64,000 nt of DNA from an uncultured Flavobacteriaceae bacterium (GTDB lineage Bacteria; Bacteroidota; Bacteroidia; Flavobacteriales; Flavobacteriaceae), in assembly GCA_942492095.1 (NCBI GenBank), contig CALODC010000009.1, positions 45,066 through 109,065 on the forward strand, in the 5' to 3' direction. A program made the translations under genes and the position numbers. The notes under the pieces were generated by a model, which saw nothing but the letters and a program-made list of their open reading frames with translations, made no database searches and was not told where the DNA came from. Shown here piece after piece: positions 1-9,548 of this stretch (positions are counted from its first letter, which is position 1; each line of letters begins with the position of its first letter).

Positions 1-88
1 GCCGGGGCAGCAGTAACTGCCAGGGGCGTTTTTGGTGATATTCTTCGAATTGCAGAAAAGATGTAAATTGAAAGAAACAGGAGATGCC

Positions 89-1270
89 ATGAAAAAAACT
101 AATCGCCACTTTGAAACCGATGCGATCCGAACTCAGATAGAGCGCACCCCTTTTTTGGAGCACTCCAGTCCTATTTATATGACCTCTAGTTTTGTCTTTG
201 AAGACGCCGAAGATATGCGCGCTTCCTTTGCCGAGGAAAAGGACAGGAATATCTATTCGCGCTATTCAAATCCAAATGGAACGGAGTTAATAGATAAAGT
301 GTGTAAAATGGAGGGTGCAGAAGCAGGATTTGCTTTTGCTTCGGGGATGGCAGCTGTTTTTTCAACTTTTGCAGCACTTCTTGAAAGCGGAGATCATATT
401 CTTTCTGCCCGCAACATCTTTGGATCAACACACAGCCTGTTTACGCAGTTCTTTCCCAAATGGAAAATTACCCATACCTATTTCAGGATTGATGAATTAG
501 AAAACATAGAGGCTCTAATTACACCGAGAACCAAAGTGATCTATGCAGAATCGCCTACCAACCCGGGGGTAGATCTTGTTGATCTGGAAAGGCTCGGGGC
601 CATTGCAAAAAAACACGGATTAATATTTATCGTAGACAACTGCTTTGCCTCACCCTATTTGCAACAGCCCATAAAATTTGGAGCCCATTTGGTCATTCAT
701 TCCGGCACAAAACTCATGGATGGCCAGGGGAGGGTATTGGCAGGGATCACAGTAGGCAGGGCAGATCTTATAGATAAGATCTACAGATTTGCGAGAATTG
801 CAGGACCGTCTCTTTCTCCTTTTAATGCCTGGTTGCTATCCAAAAGTTTGGAGACCCTGGCTGTTAGGGTAGACCGGCATTGTAGTAATGCATTGGAGGT
901 AGCACAGTTTCTGGAGGGTCATACAAATGTACAATGGGTAAAGTATCCATTTTTACCTTCACATCCCCAACATAAGTTGGCCAGGAAACAAATGAAAGCC
1001 GGAGGCTGTGTACTTGCTTTTGAGGTAAAAGGAGGCGTAAAGGCCGGCAGGAAATTTTTCGATGCAATTAAGCTCTTGTCACTTTCTGCCAATTTAGGCG
1101 ATTCCAGGAGTATTGTTACCCATCCCGCCTCCACAACACACAGCAGGCTTTCCGAAAAAGAACGAATGGAAAGTGGTATCACAGATGGTATGGTTAGGAT
1201 CTCTGTGGGTCTTGAACATATTGAAGATATCATTGGCGATATCTCACAGGCGTTAGATGCCATATCCTGA
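89..1270 (+). CDS. PLP-dependent trans-sulfuration family enzyme, O-succinyl/O-acetyl-homoserine sulfhydrylase-like
   Basis: ORF 32..1270. The first ATG is at 89 (MKKTNRHFETDAIR). PLP-lysine motif HSGTKLMDGQGR (DGQGR is typical of MetZ-type sulfhydrylases) and THPASTTH near the C-terminus. Confidence 0.85.
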   Translation: MKKTNRHFETDAIRTQIERTPFLEHSSPIYMTSSFVFEDAEDMRASFAEEKDRNIYSRYSNPNGTELIDKVCKMEGAEAGFAFASGMAAVFSTFAALLESGDHILSARNIFGSTHSLFTQFFPKWKITHTYFRIDELENIEALITPRTKVIYAESPTNPGVDLVDLERLGAIAKKHGLIFIVDNCFASPYLQQPIKFGAHLVIHSGTKLMDGQGRVLAGITVGRADLIDKIYRFARIAGPSLSPFNAWLLSKSLETLAVRVDRHCSNALEVAQFLEGHTNVQWVKYPFLPSHPQHKLARKQMKAGGCVLAFEVKGGVKAGRKFFDAIKLLSLSANLGDSRSIVTHPASTTHSRLSEKERMESGITDGMVRISVGLEHIEDIIGDISQALDAIS

Positions 1271-1305
1271 ATAGTGTATTCCCCTCTTTTAGCTATATTA
1301 GCTCT

Positions 1306-1716
1306 ATGCTTTCCAAAAAAACCAAGTATGGCCTGAAGGCCCTGACCTTTCTGGCAAATAGGCCAGACCGTAAACCTATTGCAATTGCAGAGATTGCAGA
1401 CCATGAGAATATCTCTCAAAAATTTTTAGAAAGTATTTTACTAACCTTACGCAGAACAGGGTATTTAGGATCGAAAAAAGGCAAGGGTGGAGGGTATTAC
1501 CTAATCAAGGACCCTTCTGAGATCCCAATGACCACCGTGATGCGCGTCCTTGAAGGACCCATTGCCATGGTGTCTTGTGTTAGCCTTAATTTTTATGAGC
1601 AATGCGAAGACTGCCCGGATGAACAGGCTTGCTCAGTGCATAAACTAATGCTGAAGGTTCGGGATAGTGCGCTGGAGGTATACAGGCATACTACGCTGGC
1701 AGATCTGATGGTTTAA
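1306..1716 (+). CDS. Rrf2-family transcriptional regulator with clustered cysteines (possible Fe-S ligands)
   Basis: Rrf2 wHTH signature MLSKKTKYGLKALTFLA...ISQKFLESILLTLRRTGYLGSKKGKGGGY. Cys cluster C-x8-C-x2-C-x5-C (SCVSLNFYEQCEDCPDEQAC). Confidence 0.9.
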   Translation: MLSKKTKYGLKALTFLANRPDRKPIAIAEIADHENISQKFLESILLTLRRTGYLGSKKGKGGGYYLIKDPSEIPMTTVMRVLEGPIAMVSCVSLNFYEQCEDCPDEQACSVHKLMLKVRDSALEVYRHTTLADLMV

Positions 1717-1783
1717 GTGCCAAATTCCTAATAGAGAGGAGTGTTTGCTGAAAATATTAAAATCAATCAGCTCTATTGTAATT

Positions 1784-1886
1784 AATCTATTAAAACTGTA
1801 GGGTAAAGAACCAATTAATCGAGGTTTGTAATAAGAATAACTTTTGAAAATACTATTTTTGAATAATCTAGTAAAACTATAGGGTA
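1784..1886 (+). promoter_or_regulatory. Pair of 22-nt direct repeats in the Rrf2-cysH spacer (candidate operator sites)
   Basis: AATCTATTAAAACTGTAGGGTA (1784-1805) and AATCTAGTAAAACTATAGGGTA (1865-1886) are 20/22 identical and 81 nt apart. Related inverted half-sites lie nearby (TAGATTA 1892-1898, ATTACAA 1903-1909). Confidence 0.35.
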
Positions 1887-1920
1887 TATAATAGATTAAG
1901 AAATTACAAAGAGCTCGTTC

Positions 1921-2544
1921 ATGAAGTTTACCAATCAGCATTTACAACATCTTAATGCACAGTTCAGAGGAATACCCACGGAGGAGATCATAGGATGGGC
2001 ACTAGACTATGCAAGGTCTGCTGTTGTAACCACTAATTTCGGCCCTTTTTCTGCCTCTATTCTCCATGCAGTAACTGCTATAAAAAACGATGTTCCGGTT
2101 ATTTGGTGTGACACAGGTTATAATACAGAGGCTACCTATAAACATGCAGAAGATGTAATGAAAACCCTTGATCTGAATATAAAGATCTATGTTCCTCAAC
2201 AAACAAGAGCCAGGAGGGATGTAATGATGGGAATCCCGGATATTGAAGATCCAAGACATGCGGAATTTACGCAGCAGGTAAAACTGGAACCATTTCGCAG
2301 GGCTTTTCGTGAGCACCAACCCGATGTTTGGTTTACAAACATACGAAAGGGACAGACGGCATATCGTGATACCTTAGACATACTTAGTATAAGCAAGGAT
2401 GGAATCCTAAAGGTAAGTCCGTTTTATCACTGGAATGATCAACAGCTAAGCGCCTATCTAAAACATCATCATTTGCCAAATGAACCGAATTACTACGATC
2501 CCACCAAGGTGCTTCAAAATAGGGAATGTGGAATTCATTTGTAG
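1921..2544 (+). CDS. cysH: Phosphoadenosine phosphosulfate (PAPS) reductase
   Basis: 207 aa with the C-terminal catalytic motif ECGIHL (ECGLH signature). No CC...CxxC Fe-S motif, so PAPS-type rather than APS-type. Confidence 0.85.
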   Translation: MKFTNQHLQHLNAQFRGIPTEEIIGWALDYARSAVVTTNFGPFSASILHAVTAIKNDVPVIWCDTGYNTEATYKHAEDVMKTLDLNIKIYVPQQTRARRDVMMGIPDIEDPRHAEFTQQVKLEPFRRAFREHQPDVWFTNIRKGQTAYRDTLDILSISKDGILKVSPFYHWNDQQLSAYLKHHHLPNEPNYYDPTKVLQNRECGIHL

Positions 2545-2670
2545 CTTTAATCATTGGGCAGGTCACCTAATATCCTGCCCGGAATAGTCCGGGTAAAAAT
2601 TCCCAGATTTACTTGTTTTTATTACTGTTGTAGTGTTACTTTGTGATAGTTCATATACACATTGAAATTT

Positions 2671-2773
2671 GTTATCAAGAAAGGTGGAGGGACTAGACCC
2701 TGTGAAACCTTAGCAACCCTTTATCTATTAAAGAAGGTGCTACATTCTATCGCGCACAAGCGTGACAGATAAC
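2671..2773 (+). promoter_or_regulatory. SAM-I (S-box) riboswitch aptamer upstream of metH
   Basis: GTTATCAAGAAAGGTGGAGGGACTAGACCCTGTGAAACCTTAGCAACC...AAGGTGCTACATTC...ACAGATAAC matches the S-box core (TTATCAAGAGAGGTGGAGGGAC, GAAACC, GCAACC, AAGGTGCTA, AGATAA). P1 is GTTATC 2671-2676 / GATAAC 2768-2773. A P4 hairpin is TCGCGC-ACAA-GCGTGA. Confidence 0.85.
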
Positions 2774-2888
2774 GTACAATTAGGTAGTTCTGCCTTTTTC
2801 CATTCTTGATAGTTCACATTTTAGTGGTATTACACCTCAAGCTAATTCGTTTAGAATAACCGGTGGTGTGCAAGTTTGATAAGTATCG

Positions 2889-3899
2889 ATGATGAAAAGA
2901 ATAGAAGAGCTTTTATCCAAACGTATCCTGGTGTTAGACGGGGCCATGGGAACTATGCTTCAGCAATATAACTTTACTGAAGAAGATTTCCGGGGAGAAC
3001 GATTTCAAGACTGGCCCCATTCTTTGCAGGGGAACAATGATTTATTATCCCTTACCCAGCCTCAGGCCATTGCTGAGATCCATGAGAAATATTTTGAAGC
3101 AGGTGCAGATATTGTGGAAACCAACACCTTTTCCGGAACTTCTATCGCTATGGCAGATTATCATATGGAAGACCTGGTTTACGAATTAAACTTCGAATCA
3201 GCCAGAATTGCCAAAGAAGTTGCCAAAAAATGTACTGCCAAAGACCCTCAGAAACCCAGGTTTGTGGCAGGTAGTATTGGCCCTACCAATAAAACGGCAA
3301 GCATGTCTCCGGATGTGAACGATCCCGGTTTCCGTGCGGTATCCTTTGAGGATCTGCGCCTTGCCTACAGGGAACAAGCGGAGGCCCTTATAGATGGGGG
3401 AGTAGATCTTTTATTAGTAGAAACTGTATTTGATACGCTTAACGCGAAGGCTGCCTTGTTTGCTATTGAGGAGATTAAAGAAGAAAGAGGGATAGAGGTC
3501 CCCATAATGCTAAGTGGTACCATTACAGATGCTTCGGGCCGTACTTTATCTGGGCAGACGGCAGAATCGTTTCTGATATCGGTATCCCATATCCCTTTAT
3601 TATCCATTGGTTTTAACTGTGCTTTGGGAGCCAGTCAGTTAGTACCCCATCTGGAGGTATTATCGGCCAAATCGGGTTTGGCAATATCTGCCCATCCCAA
3701 TGCAGGCTTGCCAAATGCCTTTGGGGAATACGATCAGAGTCCGGAAGAAATGGCCGCACAAATTAGGGAGTACCTGGAAAAAAATCTCGTAAACATTGTT
3801 GGTGGTTGCTGTGGAACCACCCCTTCACACATAAGAGCCATTGCTACATTGGTTCAGGAATTTAAACCCAGACAATTATTGACCCCTGCATGGAAGTAA
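2889..3899 (+). CDS. Homocysteine S-methyltransferase domain protein (N-terminal module of a split methionine synthase)
   Basis: [27 protein letters not shown] and the zinc-ligand motif [11 protein letters not shown]. Ends at the MetH inter-domain linker and overlaps the next ORF by 10 nt. Confidence 0.9.
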   Translation: MMKRIEELLSKRILVLDGAMGTMLQQYNFTEEDFRGERFQDWPHSLQGNNDLLSLTQPQAIAEIHEKYFEAGADIVETNTFSGTSIAMADYHMEDLVYELNFESARIAKEVAKKCTAKDPQKPRFVAGSIGPTNKTASMSPDVNDPGFRAVSFEDLRLAYREQAEALIDGGVDLLLVETVFDTLNAKAALFAIEEIKEERGIEVPIMLSGTITDASGRTLSGQTAESFLISVSHIPLLSIGFNCALGASQLVPHLEVLSAKSGLAISAHPNAGLPNAFGEYDQSPEEMAAQIREYLEKNLVNIVGGCCGTTPSHIRAIATLVQEFKPRQLLTPAWK

Positions 3900-6631
3900 A
3901 GAAACTACATATCGTAAAAGACCCTTCCACATCCCTGTTTGAGGAAGACAATAACCTCGACAGGAAACTCCTGAAACTCGCAGGCCTGGAACCGCTGATC
4001 ATTAGCCCGGAAAGTAATTTCATCAATGTGGGTGAACGTACAAATGTTGCCGGGTCCCGTAAATTCCTTCAACTGATTAAAGAGGGAAAATACGATGCTG
4101 CTGTAGAGATTGCCAGGAATCAGGTGGAAGGCGGTGCACAGATCATAGATGTGAATATGGACGATGGTCTTATTGACGGGAAGGAGGCGATGGTGAAATA
4201 TCTTAACCTGATTCTCGCGGAACCGGATATAGCCAGGGTGCCCATCATGATAGACAGTTCCAAATGGGAGATCATCGAGGCTGGTTTACGGGTGGTTCAA
4301 GGGAAATGCGTGGTTAATTCCATCAGTCTTAAAGAAGGGGAAATGGAATTCCTCAGACAAGCCAAACTAATCCGTTTATACGGTGCAGCAGTGATCGTTA
4401 TGGCGTTTGATGAGAAAGGACAGGCAGATAATTACGATCGCCGTCTGGAAATAGCCTCCAGATCGTACGATCTCCTGGTGAACAAGTTAAATTTCCCTCC
4501 GGAAGACATTATTTTCGACCTGAATATTTTTCCGGTAGCAACCGGCATGGATGAGCACAAACGCAATGCTGTAGATTTTATAGAAGCCACCAAATGGGTT
4601 CGGGAAAATCTCCCCCATTGCAGTGTGAGCGGGGGCGTAAGTAATGTTTCTTTTAGTTTTAGAGGAAATAATACGGTACGTGAGGCCATGCACTCGGTCT
4701 TTTTGTACCATGCCATCAAAGCGGGCATGAATATGGGGATCGTTAATCCTGCCCTGCTGGAGGTTTATGACGATATTCCCAAGGACCTTCTTGAACACGT
4801 AGAAGATGTGATCCTTAACAGAAGGCCCGATGCCACCGAGCGCTTATTGGAATTCGCAGAAAAGGTGGTGGGGAAGGCAAGGGAAAGCAAACTAGATCTT
4901 TCTTGGCGCGAAGAACCTTTACAAGACAGGATAACCAGGGCACTGGTAAAAGGTATAGATCAGTATATAGTTGCCGATGTAGAGGAGGCGCGCCAGGCAT
5001 CTGCTCAACCCATTGAAGTGATAGAAGGTCATTTAATGCATGGAATGAATGTAGTAGGTGATCTGTTTGGCAGTGGTAAAATGTTTCTTCCTCAAGTGGT
5101 AAAGTCGGCCCGGGTCATGAAAAAAGCGGTAGCCTATCTCACACCATTTATTGAAGCTTCCAAAGATGCCTCTTCCAGGGGAGCAGCCGGTAAGATCCTG
5201 ATGGCAACAGTTAAAGGTGATGTGCACGACATTGGGAAGAACATCGTTAGTGTGGTGCTTGCTTGTAACAACTACGAGATCATAGACCTTGGTGTTATGG
5301 TGCCACCGGAAAAGATTATTCAGAAGGCAATTGAAGAACAGGTAGATATTATCGGACTAAGCGGTTTGATCACTCCTTCTCTGGATGAAATGGTCTTTCT
5401 TGCCAAGGAAATGCAGCGTCAAAACTTTTCGGTTCCTTTGTTGATAGGGGGTGCTACTACCAGTAAAGCACATACGGCGGTAAAGATAGATCCACAGTAT
5501 AACGCGGCCGTAGTGCATGTAAATGATGCCTCAAGGGCAGTCACCGTAGTGGGCGATTTGCTGCAAAAGGAGCGCTCTCAGGGATATAAAGATCAATTAA
5601 AACTCGAGTATGAATCTTTCCGTGATAAATTCCTTGAAAGAGGAAAACACAAGGATTATATTTCACTTCTGGAGGCCCGTAAGAACAAAATGTCCATATC
5701 CTGGAATGCCGATGAAATTGTAAAACCACGGAGGCCCGGCATCCAGGTCATAAAAGAATTAGACCTTGGGCTTTTGACGCCTTTTATAGACTGGGCCCCT
5801 TTCTTCAGGAGTTGGGACCTCCACGGGAAATATCCTGAAATCCTCAGTGATGCGGTGGTAGGCGAACAGGCAAGAGAACTTTTCGAAGATGCCCAAAAGA
5901 TGCTGGCGGAGATCTTAGATAAGAGACTGCTGCAGGCAAAGGCTGTATTTGGGATCTTTAGCGCAAATAGCATTAACGAAGACGATATCCAGGTAGAGGA
6001 TACTGATTCAGGAAAGAAGTACGTATTCCGTACCCTAAGACAGCAACTTAAAAAAAAGAAAGGAGTACCGCATCTTGCTCTTGCCGATTTTATTGCGCCG
6101 AAGAATATGGGAATCGAAGATTATGTAGGTTGTTTCTGCGTTTCTGCGGGCTTTGGAACTCAGGAACTGGCCCAAAAATATGAGGCCGCCTTAGATGACT
6201 ATAATGCCATTATGGTAAAGGCCCTGGCAGACAGATTGGCGGAAGCTTTTGCTGAGTATTTACACCTCGAAATTAGAACTAACCACTGGGGGTATGCAAC
6301 CGGAGAATCGCTCAGTAATGAAGAGTTAATACGGGAAGCATATAAAGGAATCCGCCCGGCGCCAGGTTATCCAGCCTGTCCGGATCACCTGGAGAAAAAG
6401 ACCATTTGGGAACTTTTGAAAGTACAGGAATCCATAGGGGTACAACTTACAGAAAGTCTGGCCATGTGGCCTGCAGCCAGTGTAAGCGGGTATTATTTTG
6501 CACATCCGGAAGCCAAGTATTTTGGCCTTGGAAAAATAACAAAAGATCAATTAAAGGATTACGCCAAACGCAAAGGTATGTCTGTTGAAATGGCTGAAAA
6601 ATGGTTGTCCCCCAATTTAGCACAGCAATAA
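3890..6631 (+). CDS. metH: Methionine synthase, pterin-binding + cobalamin-binding + AdoMet-activation modules
   Basis: [27 protein letters not shown] (MeTHF domain), [11 protein letters not shown] (DxHxxG B12 motif), and C-terminal [12 protein letters not shown] (activation domain). Confidence 0.92.
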   Translation: MEVKKLHIVKDPSTSLFEEDNNLDRKLLKLAGLEPLIISPESNFINVGERTNVAGSRKFLQLIKEGKYDAAVEIARNQVEGGAQIIDVNMDDGLIDGKEAMVKYLNLILAEPDIARVPIMIDSSKWEIIEAGLRVVQGKCVVNSISLKEGEMEFLRQAKLIRLYGAAVIVMAFDEKGQADNYDRRLEIASRSYDLLVNKLNFPPEDIIFDLNIFPVATGMDEHKRNAVDFIEATKWVRENLPHCSVSGGVSNVSFSFRGNNTVREAMHSVFLYHAIKAGMNMGIVNPALLEVYDDIPKDLLEHVEDVILNRRPDATERLLEFAEKVVGKARESKLDLSWREEPLQDRITRALVKGIDQYIVADVEEARQASAQPIEVIEGHLMHGMNVVGDLFGSGKMFLPQVVKSARVMKKAVAYLTPFIEASKDASSRGAAGKILMATVKGDVHDIGKNIVSVVLACNNYEIIDLGVMVPPEKIIQKAIEEQVDIIGLSGLITPSLDEMVFLAKEMQRQNFSVPLLIGGATTSKAHTAVKIDPQYNAAVVHVNDASRAVTVVGDLLQKERSQGYKDQLKLEYESFRDKFLERGKHKDYISLLEARKNKMSISWNADEIVKPRRPGIQVIKELDLGLLTPFIDWAPFFRSWDLHGKYPEILSDAVVGEQARELFEDAQKMLAEILDKRLLQAKAVFGIFSANSINEDDIQVEDTDSGKKYVFRTLRQQLKKKKGVPHLALADFIAPKNMGIEDYVGCFCVSAGFGTQELAQKYEAALDDYNAIMVKALADRLAEAFAEYLHLEIRTNHWGYATGESLSNEELIREAYKGIRPAPGYPACPDHLEKKTIWELLKVQESIGVQLTESLAMWPAASVSGYYFAHPEAKYFGLGKITKDQLKDYAKRKGMSVEMAEKWLSPNLAQQ

Positions 6632-6646
6632 TAGTTGTAAACGAGT

Positions 6647-7600
6647 ATGAAAGTAACCGAACATATTGAGAAAGCGAAAGGTAAAACCCTCTTTTCCTTT
6701 GAGATCATTCCACCCGTAAAGGGACGCAGTATTAAGGAATTGTACGACAATATTGACCCACTTATGGAATTCAATCCACCCTTCGTGGATGTAACCACTT
6801 CCCGGGAAGAATATGTATATATAGACAGAGACGGCCTTTTCGATAAGAAATTAACCAGAATGCGACCAGGCACTGTCGGAATTTGCGCCTCTATAAAACA
6901 CAAGTACGATGTGGATACAATTCCTCATGTACTTTGTGGTGGATTTACCAGAGAGGAAACAGAGTATCTTTTAGTAGACTGCCATTACCTGGGCATAGAG
7001 AATGTAATGGCCCTGCGCGGAGATGCCATGAAAGAAGAGACCTATTTTGAACCTACTAAAGGAGGGCATACCTATGCTTCAGAACTGGTGGTACAAATCC
7101 ATAACCTCAATGCCGGCCAATACCTGCATGAAGTGATAGAGACAGATAATTGTTCAGATTTTTGTATAGGGGTTGCCGCTTATCCCGAAAAACATTTGGA
7201 GGCTCCTTCCTTACAAACAGATCTAAAATGGTTGAAAAAGAAAGTTGAGCTGGGGGCTCACTATATTGTTACCCAGATGTTCTTTGACAACCAAAAATTC
7301 TTCGACTTCGTCAAAGCAGCAAGAGCGGCAGGGATTACAGTTCCCATAATTCCCGGCATAAAACCGATAGCTGTAAAGCGTCATCTGCAATTGCTTCCTC
7401 AGGTTTTCCGTATCGATCTTCCGCAAGACCTTATTGAAGCCGTAGAAAAATGTAAGAATAACAAAGAGGTACGCCAGTTGGGGATAGAATGGGCCATTGC
7501 CCAATCTAAGGAACTAAAAGAGGCTGGTGTGCCAGTTCTGCACTATTATTCCATGGGCAAAAGTGAAAATATTAAAGAGATTGCCAAGGCAGTATTTTAA
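6647..7600 (+). CDS. metF: Methylenetetrahydrofolate reductase
   Basis: 317 aa with FSFEIIPPVKG at the N-terminus and the GAHYIVTQMFFD motif. Lies directly downstream of metH. Confidence 0.9.
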   Translation: MKVTEHIEKAKGKTLFSFEIIPPVKGRSIKELYDNIDPLMEFNPPFVDVTTSREEYVYIDRDGLFDKKLTRMRPGTVGICASIKHKYDVDTIPHVLCGGFTREETEYLLVDCHYLGIENVMALRGDAMKEETYFEPTKGGHTYASELVVQIHNLNAGQYLHEVIETDNCSDFCIGVAAYPEKHLEAPSLQTDLKWLKKKVELGAHYIVTQMFFDNQKFFDFVKAARAAGITVPIIPGIKPIAVKRHLQLLPQVFRIDLPQDLIEAVEKCKNNKEVRQLGIEWAIAQSKELKEAGVPVLHYYSMGKSENIKEIAKAVF

Positions 7601-7662
7601 GGCCAATTAGTTTCCGGCTTCCAGCAGATACATCGTCCGAATAATTCCTATTTTTACACCCC

Positions 7663-8763
7663 ATGAATACCAGAACGCTAATTTTATACCTACTTGTTGG
7701 TTGGGGATGCTTTTCACAACAAACAGAGACCCCTCGTTCTTGGAACCTGGACCTGAGCCCTTTTTACGGCTCAATTCTTTTGCACAATACAGACATTTCC
7801 CATTTGATCAGTGAGCACCCCACTGGATTAATTCTTGGATTCAATAAACAAACCTATGGGTATGAGGGGTGGGAAGAGTATTTTAATTATCCGGAAACAG
7901 GATTTTCTTTGGTGTATCAGGATATGAACAACACAACCTTAGGTCGTAACCTGGGTATTTATGCTCATTACAACTTCTATTTTTTAAAGAGAAATTTGCA
8001 GTTTAGAATAGGTCAGGGTATTGCCTACAATACCAATCCCTATGATAAGGTTGAGAATTTCAGGAATAATGCCTATGGATCTCATCTGCTTAGTTCTACC
8101 TATTTAATGATGAATTACCAAAAGGCACGTCTCTTCAAAAGAGTAGGTGTAAAGGCAGGGATCTCTGTAATTCATTACTCCAATGCCAACGTAAAGGCGC
8201 CAAATACTTCTACCAATACATTTGCATTTAATGCCGGCCTGGTCTATGAGCTACAAGGCGAGGAACCAATCGATTTTATTATACAAGAAAAACAAGAGCG
8301 TGTACAAGAACCCATTAAAGCTAATTTGGTTTTTAGAACAGGGATCAACGAAAGCGATGTGATCAATTCCGGGCAATATCCTTTTTATATTCTGTCTGCC
8401 TATGCGGATAAACGAATTGGAAAGCTGAGTGCCATTCAGCTCGGAACGGATATATTTTTCTCAAATTTTCTAAAGGATCTTATCAGATACCAGGCGGTCT
8501 CATTTCCGGAACTCAACGTAGATCCTGATGAGGATTTTAAACGCGTGGGCATCTTTGTGGGGCACGAACTTTTTATAAATAAGATGAGTATTATTACCCA
8601 ACTTGGGTATTATGTTTATTACCCCTTCGATTTTGAAGGCCAGGTGTACAACCGGGTTGGGTTAAAGCGATATTTTGGCGAGAAATGGTTTGCAGCTATT
8701 ACCCTTAAGTCGCACGCTGCAAAAGCGGAAGCGGTAGAAATTGGTGTAGGGATCCGATTATAA
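7663..8763 (+). CDS. Outer-membrane acyloxyacyl hydrolase / lipid A deacylase (PagL)-like protein
   Basis: Signal peptide, alternating beta-strand pattern and a C-terminal aromatic-rich barrel end. The family call comes from remembered similarity to flavobacterial acyloxyacyl hydrolase annotations and was not verified. Confidence 0.5.
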   Translation: MNTRTLILYLLVGWGCFSQQTETPRSWNLDLSPFYGSILLHNTDISHLISEHPTGLILGFNKQTYGYEGWEEYFNYPETGFSLVYQDMNNTTLGRNLGIYAHYNFYFLKRNLQFRIGQGIAYNTNPYDKVENFRNNAYGSHLLSSTYLMMNYQKARLFKRVGVKAGISVIHYSNANVKAPNTSTNTFAFNAGLVYELQGEEPIDFIIQEKQERVQEPIKANLVFRTGINESDVINSGQYPFYILSAYADKRIGKLSAIQLGTDIFFSNFLKDLIRYQAVSFPELNVDPDEDFKRVGIFVGHELFINKMSIITQLGYYVYYPFDFEGQVYNRVGLKRYFGEKWFAAITLKSHAAKAEAVEIGVGIRL

Positions 8764-8779
8764 AAATGATAAATAGAGT

Positions 8780-9541
8780 ATGATTAAGACTGGGCGTTTA
8801 CTATTCTCAATGATTATAACACTCCTCCTGGGATGTAATGGCGACAATGTTCCCGATTGTTTTCAAAATGCCGGTGACATTGTACAAGAAGAGATGAGCC
8901 TTCCACCTTTTGAGAAGATCACTGTTTTTGAGAATATTGAAATGATAATAAAAGAAGGCCCGGTGCAGGAAGTGGTCATAGAAACCGGGGAATTCTTACG
9001 CCCCGAGATCACTGCAGCGGTAGAGAACAACAGACTGGTAGTAAGAAATACAAATAATTGCAACTTGTTTCGGGAATATGGAATCACAAAGATCTTTGTG
9101 ACCTCCCCAAATATTAATGAAATACGCAGCAGTACCGGTTGGCCCATTCGGAGTGATGGAATCCTATCCTATCCGGAATTGCAGTTGATCTCCGAAAGTT
9201 TTAGCAACCCGGAGACTGAAACTACAGACGGATCTTTCGATCTTAACCTCGCCACTCAAAACCTATCATTGGTAGCAAATGGAATCGCCTACTTCCAGTT
9301 AAGAGGAAGTACAGACCAACTTAGGGCTACCATAGCTGCAGGTGATTCCCGGATAGAAGCTGAAAATTTAATAGCGCAGGAGATAGTCATTAACCATAGA
9401 GGGAGTAATGATATGCTGGTGAATCCACAACAAATACTAAGGGGAGTGATCAGGGGCACAGGAGACGTTCTTAGTTTTACAAGACCAGATTCTGTTTCTG
9501 TTGAAGAATTATACAGGGGCCGCCTGATCTTTAAGGAGTAA
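8780..9541 (+). CDS. DUF2807 / head-GIN domain lipoprotein
   Basis: Lipobox LLLGC followed by the FEKITVFENIEMIIKEGPVQEVVIE...NNRLVV repeat pattern typical of DUF2807. Confidence 0.65.
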   Translation: MIKTGRLLFSMIITLLLGCNGDNVPDCFQNAGDIVQEEMSLPPFEKITVFENIEMIIKEGPVQEVVIETGEFLRPEITAAVENNRLVVRNTNNCNLFREYGITKIFVTSPNINEIRSSTGWPIRSDGILSYPELQLISESFSNPETETTDGSFDLNLATQNLSLVANGIAYFQLRGSTDQLRATIAAGDSRIEAENLIAQEIVINHRGSNDMLVNPQQILRGVIRGTGDVLSFTRPDSVSVEELYRGRLIFKE

Positions 9542-9548
9542 GAGATTT

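Noticed and set aside
1-35. Hairpin GGCAG-N6-CTGCC followed by GGGGCGTTTTT at the window edge, possibly the expression platform of a riboswitch upstream of the sulfhydrylase gene
   Set aside because: Only a 5-6 bp stem is visible and the upstream part is cut off by the window, so it cannot be distinguished from chance.
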